The notes under the pieces: model-generated | Told to the model about the DNA's origin: nothing | Database searches by the model: none | The model's input: only the letters and a program-made list of their open reading frames with translations | Position numbers and translations under genes: made by a program | In this document: positions 1 to 12,924 of the stretch, piece by piece | Layout: every line of letters begins with the position of its first letter | Position numbering within the stretch: position 1 is the first letter of the stretch | Assembly (NCBI RefSeq): GCF_009914755.1 | Contig: NC_060929.1 | Reading direction: 5' to 3' (one strand) | Length of the DNA: 64,000 nucleotides | Source of the DNA: the human T2T-CHM13v2.0 reference genome, Homo sapiens

Positions 1-29
1 CATGAGTAGTACATTGCCATATTGATAGT

Positions 30-270
30 GATAAAATTAACTATCATAAATTGAATGCCTACTCTTGTGTCTCACACTACATATGACATTTGAAAAATCA
101 TATCTCATTCCGTCTTCACAATAATCTAGAAAAGTAGGCAACATTGAAGGAAATAATCCTCATAAAGTTTAGATAAACTAGCCCACAATCATATACTTAG
201 CAACTAACCAAGGTGTATTATAGTACTGATTTTCTGACTCCAGAGATTCTGTCACTGTAACACCAGCACC
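30..270 (-). mobile_element. MIR SINE, degraded
   Basis: Resembles the reverse MIR core: tatctcatt..cttcacaataatctagaaaagtagg...actagcccacaatcatatac...tctgactccagag. Confidence 0.6.
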
Positions 271-3200
271 AAGCACAGACATTGGGGAAGAACTCCTGCC
301 TAGAAGGGACACCCCATTGCAAGTACAGATGGAAGAAAATTTACGTTTACTAAGTCTGACATTCTGCTTGGAGAAGAGAGCCTTTTAAATGTCCCATAGT
401 GATGGTTTGAGGGCTGGAGAGTTTGCCAGTAGTCATGGGGAAAGGTAGAGGTTTAGAAAATGTAGTTTGTACCTAATGTTTTATAGTGCTGCTCTATGCT
501 TAAAGAGGCCATTCAACCAGTAATCTCAGTTTTTCACAAGTTTTCAAAAAATCAGAATGAAGAATAGAGTCATTTTATCCAAAACTGATGCCATTAAAGC
601 CCTTATACAAGTGTTCATGAATCCAACTTATTTGAGAATATTTTGGATTCTCACAAGGACCCTAATTTTATTCATTTCAGAACTAACTCTTAAGTGTGTT
701 TGCAATTCTTAGATTGCAGCAACAGAATGCATACTCAGTGATGAGCATGGGGGTCGCTCCCAGAGCCAGAGCAGGAAGAGAAGGAAGGAATGTTTATAGA
801 GCAAGGGTGAGGACATCTGTGGAAAAGGGTCACCATTTCTAAAAGAAAATAATATTCAAAGAACAGAGCCAGCACATGCTAAGGAGAACCTTTAGGAAGA
901 ACATACACAAATAGCATGATGAGAACAAAGTAGCAAGGGCACACTCTTATTTATTTATTCCACAAAATGTATTTGATGCCTTCTAGGTGTCAGGCTCATG
1001 CTTGAAGTTGGGAAAGCAGAAATACACAGACATGAAATATGTATGGAAATGCTGATGAGATATTCTTTACCCAGCCCCTGCAGTACAGACTTAAGACATT
1101 CTTTCTTTCTCACCAAGGAATCCTCTCCAACAGCATACTTAAGGAGATGCCGAAGAGTTAGTTCCCAATATAGTATATGTGAATGTGACCACAGCTATAG
1201 AACATGATAGGAATCAGATCCACCAATGGTTTAAGAGATGCTTGAGCTTACAATCCTGCCAGTTGTTGTTGTTGTTGTTGTTGTTTTACAGTATATAATA
1301 GTCCCCGGGTGATTTTTGACAGCAGCACAGACTTTTTTTTTTTTTTTTTTTGAAACTTCTTTAATTGATGGATTCCAGTTGGCCTGGAACTACTGTCACT
1401 TCCTCTAAGAACAGAAACAGTATTTCCTGGAATCCACTTCTTTGTAAGAACTAGCAAAAGATTTGAAAGAGGGAAATGAAGACAGTTTTTAATATCTACA
1501 GGCAGTTACAGCTGGGTGAACATAGAAAGTAGAAAGTAGAATAGTTAGTTCTCTCTTCTTATCTTCTTCCCCAAATAAAATCTGAAAACTCTTTTTTCTT
1601 AATGACAAATTCTCTAATAAATAATACTGTAAAACATATTAAAGATAATAGCCTAAAACTATAGGTTGTTTATTATAAAACAGCTGCATAGGCAGTATCA
1701 CTATTTTTGTAACTGAAGTCAGAGCATCATCTTTAAGAAACGATTTGCACAGAGTTAATTTACAGTAGCATGTCAGACAATGTCTCTTTCTCAGGAGAAA
1801 TTCCATAGATGTTCTAATATATAGCTGGATAAGAAGATGAGCTCTGAGCTCCTAATCAGGATACCCTTACAATTCACTTTCTTTGATATCATGCCAATAA
1901 TCACAACTTTAACAGGAATTAAGGTATTTCCCACAAAGGAGAGAGGCTTTCCATGATCACAGTATAGTAACAGAACTGCTTGTGGTTTAAGTAACTACCC
2001 ACACTACCTCGATCATCATTCTGAAGGCCAACTAAGGTATAAGCCAGGTGTTTTGTAGATGGTAGAGGCAGAGGAATAAAATATGAAAGTAATAAGAGAG
2101 AAACACAAAAGATGAACTTCACTTCATTCCTCATATTGCAGAGAGAGAGAGGCAGGCCTGAATATATTCACAATGACATGACTACGACAGGCAAGGTTAA
2201 ACTACACTTTTCTACCACCATCTACGTAGACACCATTAATTGAATTAAACAAAGTTTCCCCCAAGAGGGAAAGAGTAATTGTATTCATGATAAGAAATAT
2301 TGAAAGATTTTACGATAACAAGCATTTAAAAACCCAAGCATTTTTCTTATGGGTGTCTGAAAGAAAATCAGAGAAAACGGCTTATCACCCAATGTAACTT
2401 TTTCCTTAGGGCCGAAGCATTATGTCCTTTAAATGGAGTAGATTAATGCTGATATTCATTGTAATCCTGTTTTAAAATGTCAAGTTAGGATCAAGAGCTA
2501 GCTCTCTCATTTTGGAGATTCATTCATAGTAACATTTTATAGTATAATGGTGAAGCAGTTAACAACTCATTAATTGCAAGTACTGTATATTGAAAAAACA
2601 TACCAAAACATTAAACTGTTTTTTTAACAGCAAATAAATGGAAGAAAAACATTCATGCCTGGGACATTTCCTCTGCATTAAAAATCTCTCCTGTAGGACT
2701 TTGCCAGAGTAAATATATTTCATCCATATGCAGAAAAAGGTGCTGTGGCTATGTAGCTGAATCAAAATTTTGAGTAATTTCAAAACACAATTTTATTTTC
2801 TCTAGCTTTTCATTTTTGATTCCATCTCCAAATCTATTTACATTGACTGAAGCTTTAGAAAGGTTTCAGTCATGCTCCAAATCCCTAAATGCCTCCATCT
2901 GAACCGACATCAATGGAAGTGAGATATAGCCCATGTTACAAACATTGCCAAGCCGGGGATTTTACCACAAGCCTTGGATTTCCTTTAGTGACAACAGCCA
3001 AAGAAACATTTATCCAGACCCTTTTCTTCCCAGCCACTAAAAGATAATTCAGGTTCTAATATTCCAAGACATTCTTTACCTCCCTCTCTCCATGATGTAA
3101 GTACATGGCTCTTTCCTTCAAGGATGAAACCTGAAGAATTTTAGGAGCTAATTGTCACCAGCACTTAGAAGTCTAATCACAGTGATAAAAAGGTGTTGTT

Positions 3201-3934
3201 TGGCCTTTACAGTTTTCTAAAGTGCCTATATTGAAAGCATGAAATATTATTTCAGGCGTGCTGGAGAGTGAATACTTGTTATTCATACTTGATTCAAATT
3301 AGGCCTTTTTAGATCTAATGCTTATCTTGTAAGATTAGTGCAAGCTATAATCAATACAGTCAAATTTCAGCACTTTCCTAAAATTAATACTGAAAGTCCA
3401 GAAGGGAAAATAATTGTACATTTAAAAATACAGAGCAGGTAATAATGCTTTTTGACAGCTTATGGTACTGATCACTAACCAAAATGGCTTGATAAATACA
3501 ATTTTACTTGAAATTTCAGATCATTATCTCTCCCGATGAAGATGAAAGATATTGCTACAAGATATTCCCAGCTTCTAGCATCCACTAAAGTGGGTAGCCA
3601 ATGTGTTTACAGTTGCCTGTAAAACATAATCCCATGTACATAACCCTGTGTTTCTACTGGTGTGCTTTGTTTTCTTGGTGATTGTCATGAACCTTTCAGA
3701 CTGCAGTGAAGACTGAGGCTACAACCCAAAGATGGACGATGCTCAGGAACAAAAACAGCCAAGTTGCAAATACACCAAACTTCAAACAGAAATCTAATCA
3801 CATCTGTTTATCAAAGTATAAATCTCATTGCACCAGCATGTTACACACAGACTGGTTGCTTTAGGCCAGGAAGATCTCCAACCATATGTTATACTAAAGA
3901 AACTTTTAAGTACATCTTGGGTTTATAGAAAGTA

Positions 3935-4965
3935 ACGGGTTCTAATTAAACTAAAGAGCTTCTGCACAGCAAAAGAAACTGTTCATCAGAGTGAACAGGC
4001 AGCCTACACAATGGGTGAAAATTTTTGCAATCTATCCACCTGACAGAGGGCTAATATCCAGAATCTACAAAGAACTTAAACAAATTTACAAGAAAAAAAC
4101 AACCCCATCAAAAAGTGGGCAAAGAATATGAACAGACACTTCTCAAAAGAAGACATTTATGCAGCCAACAAACGTATGAAAAAAAAGCTCATCATCACTG
4201 ATCATTAGAGAAATGCAAATCAAAACCACAATGAGATAGCATCTCATGCCAGTTAGAATGGCAATCATTAAAAAGTCAGGAAACAACAGATGCTGGAGAC
4301 GATGTGGAGAAATAGAAACACTTTTACACTGTTGGGAGTGTAAATTAGTTAAATCATTGTGGAAGACGGTGTGGCAATTCCTCAAGGATCTAGAACTAGA
4401 AATAACATTTGACCCAACAATCTCAGTACTGAGTATATATCCAAAGGATTATAAATCTTTGTTCTACTACAAAGACTCATGCACACATATGTTTATTGCA
4501 ACACTGTTCACAATAGCAAAGACCTGGAACCAACCCAGATGCCCATCAATGATAGACTGGAAAAAGACAATGTGGCATATACACACCATGGAATACTATG
4601 CAGCCAATAAAAATGATGAGTTCATGTCCTTTTTAGGGACATGGATGAAGCTGGAAACCATAATTCTCAGCAAATTAACACAAGAACAGAAAACCAAACA
4701 CTGCATGTTCTCACTCATAAACTACTCATACTCTCACTCATAAACAGTGAGAACACATAGACATAGGGAGGGAAACATCACACACCAGGGCCTGTCGGGG
4801 GGTTGGGAGCTAGGGGAGGGATAGCATTAGAAGAAACACCTAATGTAGATGACAGGTTGATGGGTGCAGCAAACCACCATGGCACGTGTATACCTCTGTA
4901 ACAAACCTGCACGTTCTGCACATGTACCACAGAACTTAGAGTATAATAAATAATAATTTTTAAAA
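3935..4965 (+). mobile_element. 5'-truncated LINE-1 (L1PA7-like): ORF2 C-terminus and 3' UTR
   Basis: ORF 4246-4743 gives L1 ORF2p C-terminal peptides (NNRCWR..LLHCW..FTIAKTWNQP..TMEYYAA); 3' UTR gtagatgacaggttgatgggtgcagcaaaccaccatggc; A-rich tail. Confidence 0.95.
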
Positions 4966-4984
4966 AGTAGGGACAGCAGTTCAG

Positions 4985-5200
4985 GTCAAAGGAAAGGCTG
5001 GTCTTTGGAGTCCATCACCCTGGCTTTATATCTTAGCTACCATGATCCAAATGTGTGATCTTGGGTAAGTTACTATTTTCATTGAGCTTCAGTGTCCACA
5101 TCTATAAAATGATAAAATTAATATCTAACCTTTCATGAAAGCTTGTGAATATTCAATAAAGTAAAGAATAAAAAACACCTGGCTTGATAAATGATGCCTT
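4985..5200 (+). mobile_element. MIR SINE
   Basis: tgtgtgatcttgggtaagtttact...gagcttcagtgtccacatctataaaatg core. Confidence 0.75.
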
Positions 5201-6660
5201 ATTGAAGCATTTGAATTTTCTTAGAATTGCTTCTAAGTTAAGTAGAATAGTTAGTTCTCTCTTCTTATCTTCTTCCATTCATCTTTCCCCACCCCACACA
5301 AAAAGTTATCCTATAAGAGGCAAAACTAATAGTAGTGGGTATATTTATGCTTATTCTTGGGTTCTGTGTCAGCATCTCTTATTTAAGACCCTAGATGGTC
5401 ATCCATACAAAAAAAGGGAAATTCTCAATGATAAATAAATAAGCCTAGTTCTCCACTGAGAGCAGCAAATTCCCTGCTTGAGAGATTTCCTTGACTTCCA
5501 GGAAAAGATGCATGCTGCACTTTTCTTTCAAAAGGCCCCCATGAGAGAATATTTATCATCTTTAAAGCAAAGAGGCTGTAAGCAGCTGTGCCCATTCTAC
5601 CACTGAGCCTTGGAGAACCGAGCCTTGGAGAACACTCTAAAACCACTTGCAGTCAGGGGGCACACCACAGGCTTTTAACTAACATTTTTAAAGGCTCTGT
5701 GCCAATAGCCAGATCCAATTGATACCAAGTCATCTAAACAATTCTACACCAATATGCTCACCTGTTGTATTATGCAATAACCATGAAAGTTTCTCTTCAT
5801 CATAGCAAAAGTAGAGTCCCAAGAGGCTCTCCCAAACCATGCTTGTTTTGCTTCTCAGGCCAACAGAGTGGTATTCTATCATTACATTCTTAATTGAAAA
5901 CTCACCAAATGCAATTGAATCTCTTTTCCTGGAGTGTTTCATAGCACATCTCTCTTACCCTGGCTGCTAGATAAAAGACTAACTTTAGAAAATTCTGTTT
6001 CTCTCCCGTCCCTTCTTCTGAATTAATATGTTTGCGTTTATTTCACTTTTACGTATGTTCAGTATTTAAAATGTTCATTGACTATAAACTTTAAAGTGCT
6101 TTGCGAATCACTCATTAGGTCAATAACTGCACAAAATAGGAAATGCTCTAACATTTATTTATTTCAAGTGTAAGTAGAGGATTACATTTATGGTGAGAAA
6201 TTTTACATGGTCAGGGTTGGTGTGGGTCTGCTATTCTGATCCAGTGAGACCCTTCTGATTGGAAGGAGCAATTTACATTTTGACATGATTGACACAGTTT
6301 CTAATAAGGTATTCTGAAAGGAGTATTAATATTCTAAATGGCCCTGATTTCTAAGTTCAGAAACTCCCATCTGTGCCAATTAGCTGGAAATGATTGCACA
6401 TATAGTGGAATTAATACCCTGCATTGGTTTTCCCAATCACAGTATAACTGCAAAGGTCAATTTCAATTGGTTGTTAAATGTTCCTATTAATATAAGAATG
6501 GAAGTTAAAAATGGTATCACCTATTTGTTTTTAAAGTCTTTAGTCAATCATGAAGCATTCATAATGCTTTATGAAAAATATCTTAATGTGAACAATCTTT
6601 CAATATGTTATATAACTGAGCAAATAAATAACCTTGGGACCTTGAAGGTTGACTTTACAC

Positions 6661-7105
6661 TATTAAATAAAATTTAGAGGAAGCCATTGGTTTGGACTAA
6701 GGTCCTATGTTAGGCCCAACAGACTGAATCAGAACTGAGTCACTCATGCTGTATTTCCACATCACAAAGTCAAAATTCAATTGTATATCTGATTTTCAAA
6801 AACATCAAGAGAGAGAAAGAGAATAGCCAAATTCCCAAGCAAGCCAGTTCTTTCAGCATGATAAGGAAGTCCCTTCTGCTTTAACCTTAACAAAGAAACT
6901 TTGAAAGGGCCCATCTGCTTTTTGTCTTCTGTTTCTGTTTCTTCAGCTCCTTTTTCGCTATAAAACTAAACATCTCTGCACAGCTCATTGAGACGCTCAG
7001 TTTTCTTTATAAAATGTGGTGTTGGTGTTGCCTGATTCTAGAATTGCAAATAAAAGCCAAATAAGATCTTTAAACTAATTTTTTTTTGTAATTTTGTCTT
7101 TGACA
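6661..7105 (+). mobile_element. ERV1-class solo LTR (MER93-like)
   Basis: Starts tattaaataaaatttagaggaagccattggtttggactaag, contains aataaa, ends gtaattttgtctttgaca; 4-bp TSD acac at 6657-6660 and 7106-7109. Confidence 0.8.
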
Positions 7106-10100
7106 ACACCATCATAATGTTTTAAGTAAAACCCACTTTTGCTAAATTGTCTTGCAGAATTAAACAATGACTCCTTTATGTTTTAACAAAGGTGAGTGTT
7201 CTAAAATTAAGTCTTTCCCAATTAGACTTACTTGCCTAACAAAATCTTAGTGCCATCTTAAAAGAACCATGAAACGTATATTTTTTTCTAAATGATTTAT
7301 TCTCAGTGAATTTGCAAAATATTTAAATCCTAGTCTTTCATCTAGTTTCAATGACTGCAGCGAAACTTACAGAGAAGTAGAAAAGGGCTACATATTGAAA
7401 TTCCTAGAAAGGAAAACATATTTCATTTTCTTCTTACTTAGTCAGCGGTTAAATGCAGGAATCAGCAATTGCCTTCAGAAAATCATACTTTATCAGTGCA
7501 TGGAAAGGGAGGGGGTTTGTAATTGCTTGGCCTAGAGTCAGGAGTGACATACACATCTGTCCTCAAAGAAAGCAAGCATTCCTAGTGCTAATAAATCAAT
7601 CAATCCACAAGGAAATGCCAGAAGAAGGGACTAAAGTCTGGAAATTCACTGTTCCTTTGGAGCGTGTTTGCAGGTGAACCGTTGCCTTAGCTAGGCTGCT
7701 GAGGGGGGCAGCTGTGAGAAGGGAAGGAAGCTTCTTATGCATTTTATGCATAGTTCTTTTCAATAGAAGGCAGTAAATGACATCAAATTGCAAAGACATT
7801 GACTGAATATTGGGATGCATTCAAACTTAATTTTTCTTGGTTAACTCGATCATACTAACCATCAAGGTACAGATTTAGTAAGATAAAGCAAGAGTTCTTA
7901 AAAACAAAACCCCAAACCAAAGCTTTAGCAAAACTTCATTAATATCCTTTTCTCAACCAGATATTTTATATATAAATATAAATATGTATGTGTGTGTGTG
8001 ACGCACACACAAACACCCACTAGCTGTGTGTACTAAAAGTCAAGAGCCAGGGTTTTCCTACAAAATTTACTTGGAAAATGTATACACACAAATCTCAAAC
8101 ATAAATTAGTAATTCTAACTGAGCTGTTAAACATTTAAGGATTTATCTATCACAGACTCCCTAAATGTATACCCAGCATTTGGCAGGATACAGTATGTAA
8201 GCAATAAGTTACCTTTCTCTGAATTTTTTTTACCAGACCCAATTTTTTAGAAAACAGTTTGGTTTTTTTTAGAGGGGCTGGGAATGGGGTTGGGCAAGGG
8301 TGTCTGGTTGTTGCAATTTCAAGTGTAAAAGTAGCTCACTTTCTTACCCTACAAAATACTATTGGATATATAGACTGTATAGTAGGGAGAAAATTTAAAA
8401 AGGAAATACTTAAAGTGGCCTATATAAAGTATTAAAAACAACTGAGTTCTTGACAAAGAAGAATTCAGCATATTAAATAATTTCTGTAACTCATATGTAT
8501 CTTGGGCTAAATGTTAATAGTTAATTTGTTGAGTAAACATTCTCTTCATCCTATTACATGTAGAATGACTGCAGAAAATTTTTCATATATTACCTATTTG
8601 CAAATACACATCCTTCACATTCATATTTTTAGCTCTACATGTTAGAACACAGAATGTTAACCACAAAATAAAGGTCTGAAGATTGATTTATTAAGAATTA
8701 AAATGAAGTTATGAGAAGTGTCAAAATAATTATGCATCTGGAAATTTCTGTAATATCAATAATTTAAAAGCCTATTTCCATTTTATACAAAAGAATATCA
8801 GTAATCATCAAAGCTGATATTGGATCAAAAATGAGACATGGCTCCTGTGATTATATTTTTAGATAGATTGAAAGAGAGAAATCCAGATTTAAACATAGAT
8901 ATAAAGTAATATTTATTCAAATATAGGATATTTTAGTCACCAGATTTCACATGTGTTTTGTGATTGGAGTTACCATTAGTGAACAGCTATGTATTTACCA
9001 TGGAATTTTGCCTGCCATCTAGGAATGCAGTGTTTCAGGCATGGAAATAATTCTGGATCATGTGAATATTAACAAAGAGGGGCACTGGAGAGTCATGAAG
9101 TTCTCAACAGAAAAATTCAAAATAATTTTAGCGGCTATCACAGCAAATATCTGACTTTGGATTCTTGGGACCAGCTTATTAAGAAAGACCCCTTCTGATT
9201 CTGGGCATCATTCAAACTTCATATTAACTATTTTTAACAAAAATAAAACAAACATTTGACATATTTTCATGTAACAAAGACCATTGCTTGTTCGAACAAG
9301 GATTATAAGACAGCTTTGAGTTCCCTAAGATGATCTCATGAATGTACTTATATTCTTTCCACTGAGTGCTGCTCTTCACAATTGGCCCCCTACTCTAGAC
9401 ATAGCCAACATAAATGTAAGACTATTAGGAGGACTAGATATTATAAAACTCTTAAAAGTTTTATAATAAACTCATAAAAAGTTAATAAAGTGAAATAACC
9501 CAAAGCCAAAGGGAAACTGAGTGTATACATGTGTGTATAAATAGGTGGATATATACATGATTGATTGATTAATCAAACAATAGATGATAGTTAAACATAG
9601 AGATATAATTTGTTTCATTATCAAAGAACTTAGGACAGTGATGTCCTCTCAAAATTTCATTTCCTAGTTACTAGCATACCTAGTAAAGTTCTAAAACATG
9701 AAACTTTTTTTGTAATTATACAGACAAGTTATCTTTATTCCATAAAATCTACTATAGTTAATGCCCTCTACTAGGTTATTGAAAGATAACCTCTTCAAAG
9801 ATGCTTAAGAATTGTAAAAATATGCATATATTCCTGTGTATTGGTAGAGTTTTTTATATGTGTGCATAATTAAAAGAATGATGAATACCAATTTCACAAC
9901 ACTAGTTACTCCTGGGGAGAAGTTGGGGGATGAGCTGATGTAATTGTCATTTGGAAATGTGTCTTTACAGATAAGTGGTTGAACTAATTCCATACTAGCT
10001 AGTAAGTAGATGCTGCCCCAGTTCATCTGAGTGTTCCCTTTACCCATTCTCCCTTCAGTCCTTCTTCTGTGGACCACCTTAATAGCAAGGGGCTCCAGAA

Positions 10101-11560
10101 TGTGGCTTTAGAACTTGGGCCTATATCAACTCCCTTTGTGCTTCTGTCTTATATGTAATTAGATAATGTGCATATCACTGTACATCTTTTGTATACTGTT
10201 TCCTAGAGCATTAATTCTTGGTTTGCGTTATGAAAATATAGATGTTTTATATCATTAATTAAATATACAGCAAATAAAAAGGGGAGAAGGGATCAAAAGA
10301 CAAGTGGACAATTCACCAGAACAGTCTTCTATTTGTGACAATTTTTTCCTAAGCTTTGTGATGTACTGCATAATGGGCTTTGGTTTCTTTCTTTTTTTTT
10401 TTTCTATATTTAACTAGGGCTCAGCCAGAAAATTTATCCTGCATGCTTCCCTGGGAGACATAATATTCACTGACATTATCAATACTGGGCGCACTGCCCA
10501 GCGAGTGATTCAATATTAATTATTATTACTTATCGAGCATTGACTGTGTACTTTGGGTTACTAAAAACATAAGAGACAAGGTCTCTGGCCTGAGGGTGTG
10601 CAGAGAGCTTAGGTTAGTGAGACAGGATAATTTGGCTGATGCATACACAGCAGATCTGAGTTCGGTTGTGTTCCCTCTGCTGACCACCTCGTTGTTACCA
10701 CTCACAATGGGAAAACAACCCGGTCATTATTAATCCCGATAGAGATCTCACCCAAAGACTTATGTTTTTTCTTGTTGTTGTTTTTGGCTTTTAGTATTTA
10801 TTGGTCTAGTTTTAATGCATTTCACATCTTTACATGCAGGCAGTTTTAAGGGACATAATTTGAGGAGTACTAAATGATCCACTGCCCTAATGTATCACCA
10901 ATAAAAATATTTGCTAACGTTTGTTTCTGGCTATGTTTCTGGAAATGTGCAATGGAGTTTACATGTATTATCTCATTTAATGTTCAATCATAAAAATTCA
11001 AAACCTTTGGTGTAAGAGTTTGTAAGAGTAAGAATATGCAAGCAGTTTGAAATGGTAGAGTGAGGAAAAAGCAGAATTTTTTATAGGAAGAAAACTCATT
11101 TTGTTAATGGGCATATTTAGATATAAAAAGCTTTTTTTTTTTTTAACTATCCAAGACTCTGAGAAATGTCTGTAAGGAAAGTGTGTCACTAAGTTCTTCT
11201 GTCTGTGGAAGTAACAGGGACTTGGAAGATCTCTGAATCTGGAAACTCTGAAGAATCCAGAAACTAGACGACCTAATAACTGAGGTACTTTAAACTTGGC
11301 AATAAAGAAATATTAAGGGGAATAAAAAGGAGAGGAGATCTCAGAAAACGTTGGAAGCTAGTCCTGGGTGAAGGACACATTAATCATGAATTACCTCAAG
11401 AGAGAAAACAGCCAAGTTTTTTAAGGTAATGATATCTAACCTTGTATTTTAAGCTACCCTATGTGTTGAGTTACAGTCCTCTCTGCTAACCCAGACTTTG
11501 ACTAAAAATCAGTTATACACTCCACATACTAATGGCATGTCTGCACACAGAATAAAGAAG

Positions 11561-12112
11561 TGTGACAGGAGGAATTTATAAAATGACCCCTTAAAGATGT
11601 CTCAGCCTCATCCCTATTTATATCTATTTATATACCAAGATATCACACTCAGGATTATGTTATATTATATGGCACAGTTGACCTAAATTGTGAGACTACC
11701 AGGTACCTTTAATCTAATCACATGGGTCCATAGAAGAAGAGCGTTTTCTCTGGCTGATGGCAGGAAAAAAAAAAAGTCATGAAACATGTGGACTTGATGC
11801 ATGGTTGCTTTGTTGAAGATGAATGGGGTCACATGAGAAGACACACGGGGGGCCTTAAGGAGTTGAGAGAGCGCCCTGACAACCAGCAAGGAAACGGGGG
11901 CCTTAGTCCTACAACCGCATGGAACTGAATCCTCCCAACAACCTGAGTGAACTTAAAATAACTGAGCCCAGATGACACCTTGATTTCAGCCCTGAGCATA
12001 GAACCTACTCAAGTTCACCTGGACCTAAAGAACTCTGCACTAGTAAGTGGGTGTTGTTTTAAGCCAGGAAATATGTAATAGTTTGTTACACAACAGTAGA
12101 ACACTGATATCA
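11561..12112 (+). mobile_element. MaLR solo LTR (MLT1E/D-like)
   Basis: ccagcaaggaaacgggggccttagtcctacaaccgcatggaactgaatcctcccaacaacctgagtga; end tgttgttttaagcca...tttgttacacaacagtagaacactgatatca. Confidence 0.85.
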
Positions 12113-12706
12113 GTTATCACCATTACAGACCAAAAAAGGAATGCACATAGAAAAGGAATCATGACACAAGACAGAGAGCATAGAGGAGGAATAGGACAGA
12201 GATGATAGATGGAAAGAGAAATGTAAGCTCCTTGAGAAGCATCAGCTGCATTAGGAGGACTCAAGATTTCCCACAGTGGGATGGATGCTCATCAGTTTTA
12301 TTTGAATGTTAAACACGTGTGAATCTTCCAAATGTCCTGATTTGGGGGAATATCCTGTGAAAGAGACATAAAATCACTGTCCCCATTTATGAAAGTATTA
12401 GTGAGTAGGGAATTTTAGTGGCCTGGTGCAGAAGGGATGTTAGAAAATCCCTAACTGTGGTGAATACATAAAACTGTATTTATCCCATCTTGGATTATGT
12501 TTTCAGATGGAAGCTGTAAAAGTTATAATGTGTTAAAACTATAGTAGTTAACCATGGAATATTTCACAGGTAGCAATCAGAAATCAGAGGTCTTTTGTTT
12601 GCTTCAAGATATTATTAATTATATCTACAAATACTAGTATGCTCTAGACTATAAGGGTACTACACTTGCAATTAGATGGCATTAAATTAAGGCCAGAATA
12701 TCAAAA

Positions 12707-12715
12707 TACATATAC

Positions 12716-12778
<63 letters not shown>
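12707..12778. repeat. Compound (TA)n(TG)n microsatellite at the tail position of an Alu fragment
   Basis: Direct reading of the sequence. Confidence 0.95.
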
Positions 12779-12780
<2 letters not shown>

Positions 12781-12902
12781 ATGGAGTTACGCTCTGTCAC
12801 CCAGGCAGGAGTGCAGTGGAGAGATCTCGGCTCACGGTAACCTCTGCATGCTGGGTTCAAGCGATTCTCCTGCCTCAGCCTCCAAAGTAGCTTGGATTGC
12901 AG
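12777..12902 (-). mobile_element. 5'-truncated AluS (part of right arm)
   Basis: gagatggagttacgctctgtcacccaggcaggagtgcagtgg...ttcaagcgattctcctgcctcagcctcc. Confidence 0.9.
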
Positions 12903-12924
12903 AAATATACATACATTTTCTAAG

